The translations under genes were made by a program, and so were the position numbers. The notes under the pieces were generated by a model. The model worked only from the letters and a program-made list of their open reading frames with translations, ran no database searches and was not told where the DNA came from. Below, in pieces: positions 8,319-17,930 of a stretch of 38,655 nucleotides of DNA (position 1 is the stretch's first letter; every line of letters begins with the position of its first letter). The DNA is taken from contig OZ219924.1 in assembly GCA_964291405.2 (NCBI GenBank), positions 1-38,655 of the forward strand. Direction: 5' to 3'. This DNA comes from Thermodesulfobacteriota bacterium. Its GTDB lineage: Bacteria; Desulfobacterota; Binatia; Bin18.

Positions 8319-9416
8319 ATGCCGAAAGAGTCCATTGAAGTCATCGTGACCGAGCTTGATCATGAGGAAGATTGGCGCCGTATGCGTGCCACGGCCACGT
8401 GTCTGAAGGGCGGTCCCAACGTCGTGGCCCTGGTCATCGAGGCCATGAAAACCGGGTCCCCGGATTATCAGATTGAAGCGGCCCGCATGCTGGCGCGGAT
8501 CAGGGATCCTCAGGCCGGGGTGCCGCTGGTCGAGTTGATGCAGGGCGAGAACGAGAGCGTGCGGGAGGCCGTGGTGGCCTCACTGGAACAAATGGCCGGC
8601 ATCGTGAATGAAGAGACCGCGGCGGCCCTGGTCGAGCTGTTGAAAAATGAAACGCTTCGGCCCTCGGTCACCAAGCTCTTGGGGGTCATTCCCACGTCGA
8701 TCGGTCCCCTGACCGTCATGCTCAAGGACCCGGATGAGGAGGCGCGGGTCAACGCCGCCCAGATCCTTGATCATCTCCTGGATCCACGCTCCGCGGATGC
8801 GTTGGTCGATGCGATGGGAGATCCCGCGCTGTGTGATCTGACGATCGGGACCCTGAAAAAACTCAGCGCCATTCGGGATCGCATCGACGAGGTGATGGAT
8901 GAATTACGGGACGTGGAAGAGTCCGAACTCCGGGAAGGGGCGCGGCAGGAAGCCGTCCAAAAACTCCATCCGATCGGCCGGCCGAGCGTCGAGATTCTCA
9001 TTGAATACCTCGAAGACGATGATTGGGTCGTGCGTGAAGCCGCGGCGGACGTGTTGGGAAAAATCGGCGACGTCCGGGCGGTGGAGCCGCTGATCGATCG
9101 CCTCAAGCGGGATAAGGACACCGGAGTCAAAGAACTGGCGACCAAGGGCTTGGGATTGATCGGCGACGCCAGGCCCGTTCCTCTCCTGATTGACATGATT
9201 CCCATCAAACCGTTACGGGTATTGGCTGTGGAAGCCTTGGAAAAGATCAAGGACGTGGAGGCCCTGCGTCCCTATGCGGAGACGTTCAAGAAAATGAAAG
9301 ACGACCGTGACGGGTTGGTTTCGTATAACTCCGGGGTCATCATCGATAAATTGGAAGCCGCCGCCGCGCAGATGGATGAAACGCAGTGGGCGGAGAAGGA
9401 GCAGGTGAATGGCTGA
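8319..9416 (+). CDS. HEAT repeat protein
   Basis: e.g. LEDDDWVVREAAADVLGKIGDVRAVEPLI. Confidence 0.9.
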   Translation: MPKESIEVIVTELDHEEDWRRMRATATCLKGGPNVVALVIEAMKTGSPDYQIEAARMLARIRDPQAGVPLVELMQGENESVREAVVASLEQMAGIVNEETAAALVELLKNETLRPSVTKLLGVIPTSIGPLTVMLKDPDEEARVNAAQILDHLLDPRSADALVDAMGDPALCDLTIGTLKKLSAIRDRIDEVMDELRDVEESELREGARQEAVQKLHPIGRPSVEILIEYLEDDDWVVREAAADVLGKIGDVRAVEPLIDRLKRDKDTGVKELATKGLGLIGDARPVPLLIDMIPIKPLRVLAVEALEKIKDVEALRPYAETFKKMKDDRDGLVSYNSGVIIDKLEAAAAQMDETQWAEKEQVNG

Positions 9417-10164
9417 GAGTCAGCGTATTGAACAATTATTGGCCGCGCTTCGGGATGAAAACGAAGGCCTGCAAAATTATGCGGCCGCCGGACTCGGGCA
9501 AATGGGTGACTCGGCCATCCCCCGTCTGATCGAGATGTTTGAGGATGATGATTCCGTGATCCGGGAAGCTGCGGTCAATGCCATCGTGCAAATCGGGGAA
9601 TCGGCGATTGATCCCTTGATTGAAGCGTTGGAAGAAGACGAATGGACTGTTCGAGAGCAGGCCGCATCAGCCCTCGGGAAATTGAAGAGCTCCCGGGCGG
9701 TGGCCCCGTTGGTCAAGGCGTTGAAAGACAAGGATGGGGGCGTCCGAACCGCCGCGGTCTGGGCCCTGGAACGGATCGGCGATCCGGAAGCCGTGCCGGC
9801 CCTGGTGGACTGCCTCATGGATGCGATGTTGCGTGAAGACGTGGCTCGCGTGTTAAAAAAGATCGGGGACGCCAGAGCCACGGATGCCTTGATCGACGGG
9901 CTGAAAGGGTCCAATTGGATCGTCCGCCGCCACGCCGCCGAAGCCCTGGGGAAAATTGGCGATCCCAAGGGGTTCGCCCCGTTGGTGGATGCGTTGACGG
10001 ATGAGGACTGGCTGGTGCGCCGGAACGCGGCGGAATCCTTGGCCCGGTTGGGCGATGCCCGCGCCATCCAACCGGTGGTCGCCTTGTTGGAAGATGAAAA
10101 TGAAATGGTCCGCGACACCGCCGAAGGCGTGTTGGCGAGTTTAGGATGGAAACCCGAGTCATGA
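9409..10164 (+). CDS. HEAT repeat protein
   Basis: Regular HEAT repeats; 8-nt overlap with the upstream gene. Confidence 0.9.
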   Translation: MAESQRIEQLLAALRDENEGLQNYAAAGLGQMGDSAIPRLIEMFEDDDSVIREAAVNAIVQIGESAIDPLIEALEEDEWTVREQAASALGKLKSSRAVAPLVKALKDKDGGVRTAAVWALERIGDPEAVPALVDCLMDAMLREDVARVLKKIGDARATDALIDGLKGSNWIVRRHAAEALGKIGDPKGFAPLVDALTDEDWLVRRNAAESLARLGDARAIQPVVALLEDENEMVRDTAEGVLASLGWKPES

Positions 10165-10183
10165 AGAAGAAGGAGACATAGAT

Positions 10184-10855
10184 ATGGCAGATCCAGCTCC
10201 AACCCCTCTTGTGCAAATTACTCCCAAGAGCGCCAAGAAAGACGGCTTTAACCTGGTCACCGAAAACGTCATTGCCGTGAACCTGGAAGAGAGGCAGCTT
10301 GAAGTCGAGTTGTTGGCCTATGATGGGAAGACCGTGTTATTGGACGTGGCCGAAGACGCGCTTGAGGATCTCCAAAAAATCAAGCCGGGTGACGGGGCGA
10401 CCCTCCGCATCGTCGAGGAAGAAGGCAAGCGGCTGGTCAAGCAGTTTCGGATTCGGGCGAAAGATCCGAACGTCGTCAAAGTCGATGCCGCGTTGATGGA
10501 TTTGAAGGATTCACACTGGCTCAATCGTAAATATGCCATTGAAACGTTGGGAGAGCTCAAGTCCGCCGAAGCCGTGGATCCCCTCGTCGAGTGTTTGGAA
10601 GACGAGGTGGGTGACGTCCGGCATCGAGCCTATGACGCCTTGATCAAAATCGGGGCGCCGTCCGTTCCCAAAGTGATTCCGCTGCTGGTGTCGGAAGAAG
10701 ATGAATTGCGTCAGTCCGCGACCGAGATTCTGCGGAAAATCGGCAAACCGGCGGTCGAACCCTTGGCTACGGCCTTGGTCGATGCCGAGGGTCCGTTGAA
10801 AAAACGGATTACCAAGGTGTTGGATCGCATGGGGTATAAACCCAAAGAGGCGTAA
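10184..10855 (+). CDS. Protein with a beta-rich N-terminal domain and C-terminal HEAT repeats
   Basis: N-terminal ~95 aa is beta-rich and non-HEAT, followed by HEAT repeats; SD AGGAG. Confidence 0.85.
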   Translation: MADPAPTPLVQITPKSAKKDGFNLVTENVIAVNLEERQLEVELLAYDGKTVLLDVAEDALEDLQKIKPGDGATLRIVEEEGKRLVKQFRIRAKDPNVVKVDAALMDLKDSHWLNRKYAIETLGELKSAEAVDPLVECLEDEVGDVRHRAYDALIKIGAPSVPKVIPLLVSEEDELRQSATEILRKIGKPAVEPLATALVDAEGPLKKRITKVLDRMGYKPKEA

Positions 10856-10868
10856 GCCGCCGATACGG

Positions 10869-12200
10869 TCAAGACGTCTTATAGGGGTTCACACCGGCGG
10901 CGGGACGGCCGACCGACACGTAATGAAACCCGCAGGCGGCGACCCGTTCGGGGTCGTAGACGTTCCGGAGATCGATAAACACCGGCACTCGCAGAAACGA
11001 TTTCATGCGCTCCAAATCCAGGTTTCGGAATTGATTCCACTCCGTGGCCAGCACCACGGCATCCGCACCAGTCATTGCATCATACGCATCCTGACAGCCG
11101 ATCAGGCCGGGTAACGCGTTCAGCGCGCCGGCCAATCCTTCCGGGTCATAGGCCCGGATGGAGCAACCTTCCTTCATCAGGTGTTCCGCGATCATCAACG
11201 CGGGCGAATCCCGGAGATCGTCGGTATTGGGTTTAAAGGACAACCCCAAAAGGGCCAGGGTCTTGCCTTGAACGCCGTTAACCGCGTCGCGGATTTTATC
11301 GACCATGCGAGCGCGCTGTTGCTCATTCACGCGTTTGGTCGTGGCTGCCAGCTTCATGGCATACCCGGCCGTTTCTCCAATGTGAACCAGCGCCGCGGTG
11401 TCCTTCCCGAAACACGAGCCGCCGAACCCGGGTCCGGCGTGCAGAAACTTGGACCCGATCCGTTTGTCCAGTCCCATGGCTTTGGCCACGGTTTGCACGT
11501 TGGCATCCACCAGTTCACAGAGATTGGCCACTTCGTTGATAAAGGAAATCTTTGTGGCCAGGAACACGTTCGAAGCGTATTTGATCACTTCGGCCGTTTG
11601 TACGGTAGTGACCACGAACGGTGTTTCAATCAGGTACAACGGCCGGTATAAATCCTTCAGAATGGCCGCGGCCTGTTCGCTCTCCACGCCGATGACCACG
11701 CGATCAGGACGCATGAAATCTTCAATCGCCGACCCCTCGCGCAGAAACTCCGGGTTGGCTGCCACGTCGAAGTTGACGGGTTTGGACTGATGGGCCTTGA
11801 TGATCTCTCGCACGCGCGTCGCGGTCCCCACCGGCACTGTCGACTTGGTAGCCACCACCTTGTACCCCGTCATGCGGCTCCCGATGCTCCGGGCCACCTC
11901 ATCCATGTAAGACAGATCCGCCGAACCATCCAGGTTCGAGGGTGTGCCGACCGCGATGAAGATCACCAACGCCGTATCCAAGGCCTGGTTCAAGTCGGTG
12001 GTAAAGGTGAGCCGGCCGGATTGGAGGCCCTTGGCTACCAATGCGGCCAAGCCGGGTTCATAGAACGGCACCTCACCACGTTCCAATTGTTGAACGCGGG
12101 AGGCGTCCACGTCCATGCACGTCACGTTGAGTCCGAACTCCGCAAAACACGCGCCCGTGACGAGTCCCACGTATCCCGTTCCGAGAACACTAATATGCAT
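10869..12200 (-). CDS. ugd: UDP-glucose/GDP-mannose 6-dehydrogenase
   Basis: GTGYVG Rossmann motif, IAVGTP, KSTVPVG, NPEFLREG, catalytic GFGGSCF, FKPNTDDLR. Confidence 0.93.
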   Translation of the reverse strand: MHISVLGTGYVGLVTGACFAEFGLNVTCMDVDASRVQQLERGEVPFYEPGLAALVAKGLQSGRLTFTTDLNQALDTALVIFIAVGTPSNLDGSADLSYMDEVARSIGSRMTGYKVVATKSTVPVGTATRVREIIKAHQSKPVNFDVAANPEFLREGSAIEDFMRPDRVVIGVESEQAAAILKDLYRPLYLIETPFVVTTVQTAEVIKYASNVFLATKISFINEVANLCELVDANVQTVAKAMGLDKRIGSKFLHAGPGFGGSCFGKDTAALVHIGETAGYAMKLAATTKRVNEQQRARMVDKIRDAVNGVQGKTLALLGLSFKPNTDDLRDSPALMIAEHLMKEGCSIRAYDPEGLAGALNALPGLIGCQDAYDAMTGADAVVLATEWNQFRNLDLERMKSFLRVPVFIDLRNVYDPERVAACGFHYVSVGRPAAGVNPYKTS

Positions 12201-12364
12201 CACAACCTCTTGGATGAGACATAATGTACATGTTGGATTCTTGTAGATGAAGGACCATCTGTCAACGATCGGAAAAAGAGTATCACAACTTGAGGGAATT
12301 TGAATGGCGTCGGATAACCGAACGAAAGCAATATCCGGCAGCTATTTCGGCTAGCCGGGTTTTC

Positions 12365-12393
12365 TTGACAGGGTAGCAGAGGCGAACTAGAAT
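12365..12393 (+). promoter_or_regulatory. sigma70 promoter of tRNA-Gly
   Basis: TTGACA-N17-TAGAAT, 24 nt upstream of the tRNA. Confidence 0.75.
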
Positions 12394-12417
12394 CAAAATC
12401 GAACGTCCTTCCCAAGA

Positions 12418-12492
12418 GCGGGAATAGCTCAGTGGTAGAGCATCGCCTTGCCAAGGCGAGGGTCGGGGGTTCAAATCCCCTTTCCCGCTCCA
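12418..12492 (+). tRNA. tRNA-Gly (GCC)
   Basis: GCGGGAATAGCTCAGTGGTAGAGC, anticodon arm CGCCTTGCCAAGGCG, GGTTCAAATCCC, TTCCCGCTCCA with encoded CCA. Confidence 0.97.
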
Positions 12493-12571
12493 ACCTTCCT
12501 CACAACGTGGCCGCTGGCTCTGAACCCCCGACCGGGGATTCCGAAAGGGGTCTGCCGATTGACGGGCGTTT

Positions 12572-13945
12572 TCACTCTACCGGTACCTGTTCCGGGACGA
12601 GTACGAGGTGCCAAGGAGGCACTTCTTCGCTCATGTGACGGAATCGTCTGGCGGTGCTGCCCGCGGGCATGCCCGGGAAAACGGCGCCGCGGCGGATTTC
12701 CGCAAAACGGAAACGGTAGGCGATCGGGTTCCGTTCTCGAGGAGTCATGCTCACGGGCATAGTCTGTCGAAGAGAGGTGACATCCGACAGGTTGCAGCGT
12801 TCTCCGATCTTTAACGACGCCAGGGTTTGATGAACGTGTCCGAAGATCTGCGGAATCGTTTCCGGAGTGAAGACGACGTCCGGAGGTCGCATGCCGGAAT
12901 CTTCAACGAGTTGAGCGAGTATTTCCCAAAACACCTCGTCGTCAATGGCCGAGAGTATGCAAAGTGCGCCGCGACGAGCCGCAAGGTCCAACAGCGCCAG
13001 CGGACCGTGAATCACGAACTTCCAGTGCGGAAAGGTCAAGGCCTGTCCCCGATGCATGACTTCCAGGGCTTTCTCTCCGCGGACCCGAACCGTCCGGTAG
13101 TTGCCCTTGGTTTTTGTGAGGTGGGAGTGGATAGTGGCCGGCGATAAGCGCGTGGGCTCATAGGCAAAGGTCGGCGTGGCAGGCGCGTGACAAGTCACCA
13201 TGGTGTACTGGGCAAGCAGGTGGGGGTGCGTCGAAAGTTCCATCATGTCGACGCCGCCCCAAAACCGGAATTGCAGAGTGTCCGGAGCATCGTGGGTCAA
13301 TCGCCGGAGGCGCTTTGGGTCGGCGTGGTATGCTCCACCCAATTGTGAGCCGGGTTGAAGGCGGTCCACGGCATGAAGCGCGAGAGCTTTTCCACTGTGT
13401 TGTAGAGAAGGCAGATACTGATCCAGGAATTCCTCTTCAAACGACAAATCTCCCGCACCCAAATCCAGCAAAGACGGCTTTTCCACGTGAAGAAGAAGAT
13501 CATACGGCGATACATTCTGTTTCACGAAGGCCTCAACCTTATCAGGCGCGGGTCCGGACGCGAGCACTTCTTCGTGGACGAGCGCGAAATACACGCACAA
13601 CGCTCGAATCGCCTTTGTGGGAGGCAACCCCGTTAATTCTTTGAGCCGTACTTGGTCGATCCCCTTCGCCGAAGCAGGGTTCAGGACGGCAACTAACCCG
13701 TCCCGAAGCGTGCCGGGCAAAGGGCTGTGCTGAATGCGTTCCACGAGCCGGGCCAGGGTGTGTTCAAGCCTGGACCGGTGTGTCAGTTTCCTGGCGGATT
13801 CCCAGGCGGCGGGATCTGCAGATTTGCTTTCCTGGAGGAACCTCCGAAGTTGAGCGGGGTCTTGTGGCGTTGCGGATTCGGCCGCCGGCATGGAGGGTGG
13901 GCTCGACACGCTGGGAGCGTAGCTGTGGTTTTGATCAAGCGTCAA
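12572..13945 (-). CDS. Hypothetical protein with a possible class I SAM-binding-like motif
   Basis: 457-aa ORF; LLDLGAGD motif followed by HAVD; start uncertain (TTG). Confidence 0.75.
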   Translation of the reverse strand: MTLDQNHSYAPSVSSPPSMPAAESATPQDPAQLRRFLQESKSADPAAWESARKLTHRSRLEHTLARLVERIQHSPLPGTLRDGLVAVLNPASAKGIDQVRLKELTGLPPTKAIRALCVYFALVHEEVLASGPAPDKVEAFVKQNVSPYDLLLHVEKPSLLDLGAGDLSFEEEFLDQYLPSLQHSGKALALHAVDRLQPGSQLGGAYHADPKRLRRLTHDAPDTLQFRFWGGVDMMELSTHPHLLAQYTMVTCHAPATPTFAYEPTRLSPATIHSHLTKTKGNYRTVRVRGEKALEVMHRGQALTFPHWKFVIHGPLALLDLAARRGALCILSAIDDEVFWEILAQLVEDSGMRPPDVVFTPETIPQIFGHVHQTLASLKIGERCNLSDVTSLRQTMPVSMTPRERNPIAYRFRFAEIRRGAVFPGMPAGSTARRFRHMSEEVPPWHLVLVPEQVPVE

Positions 13946-13994
13946 GATCTGCCCGGAGCAACGAGTTGCGACGGGATAGCCCCTGTGCTACATC

Positions 13995-14975
13995 ATGCTC
14001 ATGCTGCAATCCGTTACCGGTCGTTCGCGTCAGACGTTGGCGTTCATGGGGTTTATGGGTGTGATGCTGGTTGCCAGCAATGCTTGCGCCACTGTCCTAT
14101 CCCCCGGCGACTATCGAGTCGGCCAGATCATTGAACCCCAAGAAAAGGCCACGCTGTCAGACCAGGAATTCCATGCGATTCTCCAATCGGCTGACATCAT
14201 CTATATCGGTGAGGCTCATTACACGCCTTCTCACATCGAGGCCGCGCTGCAGGTGCTCCAAAGCGTGCTTAGCGGAGGCCGGAAACCGGTCCTGGGCATG
14301 GAAATGTTCAGTTGGGACGGGCAAACCGGACTTGACCGGTACCTCACGGGTGCGGTGACGTCCACGGAAGATTTTCTGGCCGAATCCCGGTGGAAGAACA
14401 ATTGGGGCGGAAAATACGCGGATTACTCGCCCCTCGTCGATTTTGCGAAAACCCATGACCTCACGTTGCTGGGCCTCAATCCGCCTCGTCCGCTCGTCAG
14501 GAACGTGGCGAAACAAGGACTCGGGGCCATTGCAAGCAGTCCGGAGGGGCAACGATGGACCATTCCCGTCCCGTTCCCTGCTGACGATCCTGAGTATCGA
14601 CGGGTCATTTACGATCAGATTGAACAGTGTCATGCAGGCTTATCGCAGGAGGTCTATCAGAAAATCTATGAAGCGTCCGTGTTTCGGGACGAAGGCATGG
14701 CATCCGTCATTTCGACGACAATCAAATCGGAGACGCCCGCACGAACGACCTTTGTCAGTTATACTGGGGCCGGGCATATCCAATACGGGCTTCCGATTCC
14801 CAAGCGGGTGCAGCGGCAGTTGGCTGTGCCGGCGAAAGACGTGACGGTGTATCTCCACGCGCTGGACCCCGAACACCCCGAAGACGTCGATCATTTGCTC
14901 GCCGAACGCATTGCGAACTACGTGTGGCTGACGGCCTTAGGCCCACAGGGAAGGCAACCCCGGTGCGGGGAATAG
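13995..14975 (+). CDS. ChaN/EreA-like (haem-binding uptake) family lipoprotein
   Basis: Lipobox-like SNAC; IIYIGEAH, LGMEMF, LLGLNPP, RDEGMA, GAGH motifs. Confidence 0.82.
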   Translation: MLMLQSVTGRSRQTLAFMGFMGVMLVASNACATVLSPGDYRVGQIIEPQEKATLSDQEFHAILQSADIIYIGEAHYTPSHIEAALQVLQSVLSGGRKPVLGMEMFSWDGQTGLDRYLTGAVTSTEDFLAESRWKNNWGGKYADYSPLVDFAKTHDLTLLGLNPPRPLVRNVAKQGLGAIASSPEGQRWTIPVPFPADDPEYRRVIYDQIEQCHAGLSQEVYQKIYEASVFRDEGMASVISTTIKSETPARTTFVSYTGAGHIQYGLPIPKRVQRQLAVPAKDVTVYLHALDPEHPEDVDHLLAERIANYVWLTALGPQGRQPRCGE

Positions 14976-15053
14976 ACTCAGTGCAGGGGCGTGAGAAACT
15001 GCGTCAATGCCGTGGCTTGAGTTTGTCTCTCTTGCCGGCAATCTAGCCTTTTT

Positions 15054-15797
15054 CTAGAGCATCACCAGATCATCATCCAGGCCGTGTCGCAGGATGTCCA
15101 GGCGAGGCGAGAGGGAAGCCACCTGTTCCGCTGAGACGTGGGCCAAGCGGAATGGAAAGATGCTTGGACTGTCTAGCAGATCTCTTGTAGCGGCAGAACC
15201 GTTCGAACGAGCGAGGAGAGACGCCTCGACCATCCAGGCAATAAGTCTGGGTTCCTCAACCGAGTATTGCTTCCCTTGTTTATAGACGCCTTTGTCATGC
15301 GTCTCGTTCAAAACCCCCCAATCGATGAATGATCGAAGCACACGCCGGGCAGCCCGTGCTGCGGTTTCGCGTTCTCCGTATTCCTCCTTGACTCGTCGCT
15401 GAACGTGCGTTGCGGCGGCTGAGCCCTGAAGTCGCAAGAGCCTGCCGGTGTGCGCGGCGACCGTACCCCAAAAGGGATAAGCTGCCAGCACCATACACCA
15501 GTGAACAGCAATTCGGTCTTTGCGGGAGAGTTCTTGGAGTATTTCCAGGCCTTCGTCCCGTAGCTTCTCCAATTCACGAGGCACGGTAATCCAAGTCTTC
15601 AACAGGATGGTAATTACTTTTTCCCTGTTGCTCCTAACGGATTCACCACCGACTGACACCTTGTCCTCCAATAGATCTTGGAGCGAATCGTTGATTATGG
15701 TCTTGTCGTTCCCAGCCAGTATCAAATTGGCTGTCTGCTCGAACCACTCAAGTCGGATACGTTGGCTGAAGCCGATCTGGGTTTTTCGTCCATTCAT
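15054..15797 (-). CDS. brxA: BREX type 3 terminal protein (BrxA position)
   Basis: ATGA overlap with pglZ; last gene of the operon; helical/wHTH-like with RRVLRSFIDWG. Assignment rests mainly on position. Confidence 0.65.
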   Translation of the reverse strand: MNGRKTQIGFSQRIRLEWFEQTANLILAGNDKTIINDSLQDLLEDKVSVGGESVRSNREKVITILLKTWITVPRELEKLRDEGLEILQELSRKDRIAVHWCMVLAAYPFWGTVAAHTGRLLRLQGSAAATHVQRRVKEEYGERETAARAARRVLRSFIDWGVLNETHDKGVYKQGKQYSVEEPRLIAWMVEASLLARSNGSAATRDLLDSPSIFPFRLAHVSAEQVASLSPRLDILRHGLDDDLVML

Positions 15798-17800
15798 GTG
15801 TCCCTCATTTCGATTCGAACAAAAGGGACGACCAGTTCTTCAAGAGATACACCGCCGTGACCGACAAGGCGCTCTGCCTCACGCACAAACGCGGAGCGGC
15901 CGGGGGCGAGCAGAGGCAAATAGTCTTCCGGCAGTCCAATTGGTGGCCATTCCATGGCGTCTGGAAATCGCTCTTTGACCTGACCACGCAGCAAGGAATC
16001 GGGGTAGATTCGAGCACGCTCACCGCGCAAGTCTGCAACGGCCCCCTCAGCGGGACGACCACACCCGACAGCCTCGATGTTTCCATGATCCGAAGTCAAG
16101 TAAACACGGAATCCGTTCTTCAGAAGCAGATCGAAGAGGTTTGCCATGAAGGGCTGACCGGCCCACTGTCGGACTTGGTTGTGCATCCCCGCAACGCCAA
16201 GTTCCATGCCGTGCATAATCTTGTCCACTTTGCCGACAACCAGACCGACGACGCGTGTCTTGGGCCGGGCAATAATCTCTTCTATGCTTTCCAGGACGCC
16301 GTCTCCTAGCCCCTTGGCGTATGTGACCTCTTGTTGTGTCAGCCCCTGGTCTACCCAGAATTGCGTCCAAAGCGCTGGCTCCTTGTCCGTCGTATGGATG
16401 CTGTTCGGAAAGTAGATGGGTGGCTTTCCGGCAAAGGTCGCCTGACGCGAAACAGACGTGATGGTCGGAATCCAGGCAAACACCGCATTTTCCCGGAACC
16501 GGTATTTGGGGCGTTGCTTGGCAAGCTCCTTTCGGATCACGATCCACTGATCCAGCGAAAGGCCGTCCACCAGGACGAGTGCCACCTTGTGTTTCTCGGC
16601 GTCGTTGATGTGTCTGGAGAGGAAGCGGGGAACGTGATGAAGCATGACCGGCGGAACCGGCGGCAGATTGACTAATCCCGCGTAGCGTTTTGTCAGCCAG
16701 AGGACGAGCGTAGCGTCAATTTGTGTTTGCAATGTCGCCATCTTTTGACGAGCCGGTTCAGGCAACATCGCATCCGAATTCAGAGCTAGAGCAACCAGTT
16801 CGGCCCAGGTTCTGGCAAAGTGGATCCAGTCGTCGTGCCGCGTGTCCTCCTTCGGAATGTCGGATGCCAAGGCGTTGAGGAGGCCATCTACGCGTCGCGT
16901 CTGATCAGCCTGGTCGTCCGTTCGGATGCCAATAGCGAGCCAGGACCTTGAAAAAGTTTCGGCCTGCTCATGGGGAACGGCTTCGAGAAGTCCTTCGAGG
17001 AACAGGTTGTCGATGTAGACACGGACGTCGTCATGATCGAATGGCAAATCCAAAGGACCGGAAAACTCAAAGCCGTAGGGTTTCTTCTCCTCGCGAATAC
17101 CGGTACTATCCTGTTTTGCCGACCGGTTAAGAAAGATGGGCCAGCGTTCCTGGAGAAAGGTGAAAAAAGCCTCCCGATCCGGGATGATCGTTTCAAGGGG
17201 CCAATTGTCAAAACCATCTTGTTGGCGGAGAACCTGAACAAAGCGTTCATCAAGCAAAGCCGGGATTCGTTGTTCACGATAATGGCGGCGCAGCAGTACG
17301 CGCAGCAGATCAGACGGCTTTCTTATGAACTCCGGGGCAATCTCGAAAACATGCCGCAGGACAAATTCCTTGGTGGCGTTATCGCCCAACACGCCGGGAG
17401 CGTGCCGCTTCTGGGCTTCGTAGAGCATCTCCAGATTGCCACGGTCCAAGGCGGTAACAATGGGGTAACTCAGGTTGGGAAAAATCTCGCCAAGGCTGAA
17501 CGACAACCGGCGACCAACTTGGAGCAGGTCGTACGGCAAGCAGCCTAGGTCGCTGGCCGCGGAGTGCAGTACGACCACCAAGTCCGTCTGCTCACCCTGG
17601 TCCCAGCGGGAACGAAACTTGGATTCGTAGGCATACCGAAAGGCGATATGATCCTCGAACGGAATCAGTTCAAAGCCCCGCTCGCGTATGCCCGCAAGAA
17701 CGCCTTCTTCCAGAAGAAGGCCGTCGGGGTCGGCAACCAGGGTCAGTCGGGCCACATTGGGAGTGAACTCTCTGAGAATCTGGTCACGCCAGTTACTCAT
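15794..17800 (-). CDS. pglZ: BREX-3 PglZ alkaline-phosphatase-like protein
   Basis: MSNWRDQIL..TLVADPDGLL N-terminus; PglZ motifs LVLVDGLSLDQW, PTITSVSR, TSDHGN, HGGVSLEE all intact. Confidence 0.92.
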   Translation of the reverse strand: MSNWRDQILREFTPNVARLTLVADPDGLLLEEGVLAGIRERGFELIPFEDHIAFRYAYESKFRSRWDQGEQTDLVVVLHSAASDLGCLPYDLLQVGRRLSFSLGEIFPNLSYPIVTALDRGNLEMLYEAQKRHAPGVLGDNATKEFVLRHVFEIAPEFIRKPSDLLRVLLRRHYREQRIPALLDERFVQVLRQQDGFDNWPLETIIPDREAFFTFLQERWPIFLNRSAKQDSTGIREEKKPYGFEFSGPLDLPFDHDDVRVYIDNLFLEGLLEAVPHEQAETFSRSWLAIGIRTDDQADQTRRVDGLLNALASDIPKEDTRHDDWIHFARTWAELVALALNSDAMLPEPARQKMATLQTQIDATLVLWLTKRYAGLVNLPPVPPVMLHHVPRFLSRHINDAEKHKVALVLVDGLSLDQWIVIRKELAKQRPKYRFRENAVFAWIPTITSVSRQATFAGKPPIYFPNSIHTTDKEPALWTQFWVDQGLTQQEVTYAKGLGDGVLESIEEIIARPKTRVVGLVVGKVDKIMHGMELGVAGMHNQVRQWAGQPFMANLFDLLLKNGFRVYLTSDHGNIEAVGCGRPAEGAVADLRGERARIYPDSLLRGQVKERFPDAMEWPPIGLPEDYLPLLAPGRSAFVREAERLVGHGGVSLEELVVPFVRIEMRDT

Positions 17801-17918
17801 GGGCACCTTCCTTAAACCGGCGATTATCCCCCTGCAGGTCTTCGCACCTCAAAGCGGACAGGATTCGATGACCGCACAGGGCTGTACATGGTCCGGGCCG
17901 AAATGCCAGTTGTTGCAT
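17793..17918 (-). pseudogene. Probable deletion scar of the brxHII helicase
   Basis: One frame reads NWHFGPDHVQPCAVIESCPL*GAKTCR, resembling the recalled N-terminus of BREX-3 helicases (W..SPDH.Q.C.VIE...LWG..TCR). Another frame ends KEGAHE* overlapping the pglZ start. This is the expected brxHII position. Confidence 0.55.
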
Positions 17919-17930
17919 TAACTTCTTGAT

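Noticed and set aside
12200-12762. Short ORFs overlapping tRNA-Gly (likewise 36900-37281 over tRNA-Leu)
   Set aside because: They are translations of tRNA sequence, not proteins.
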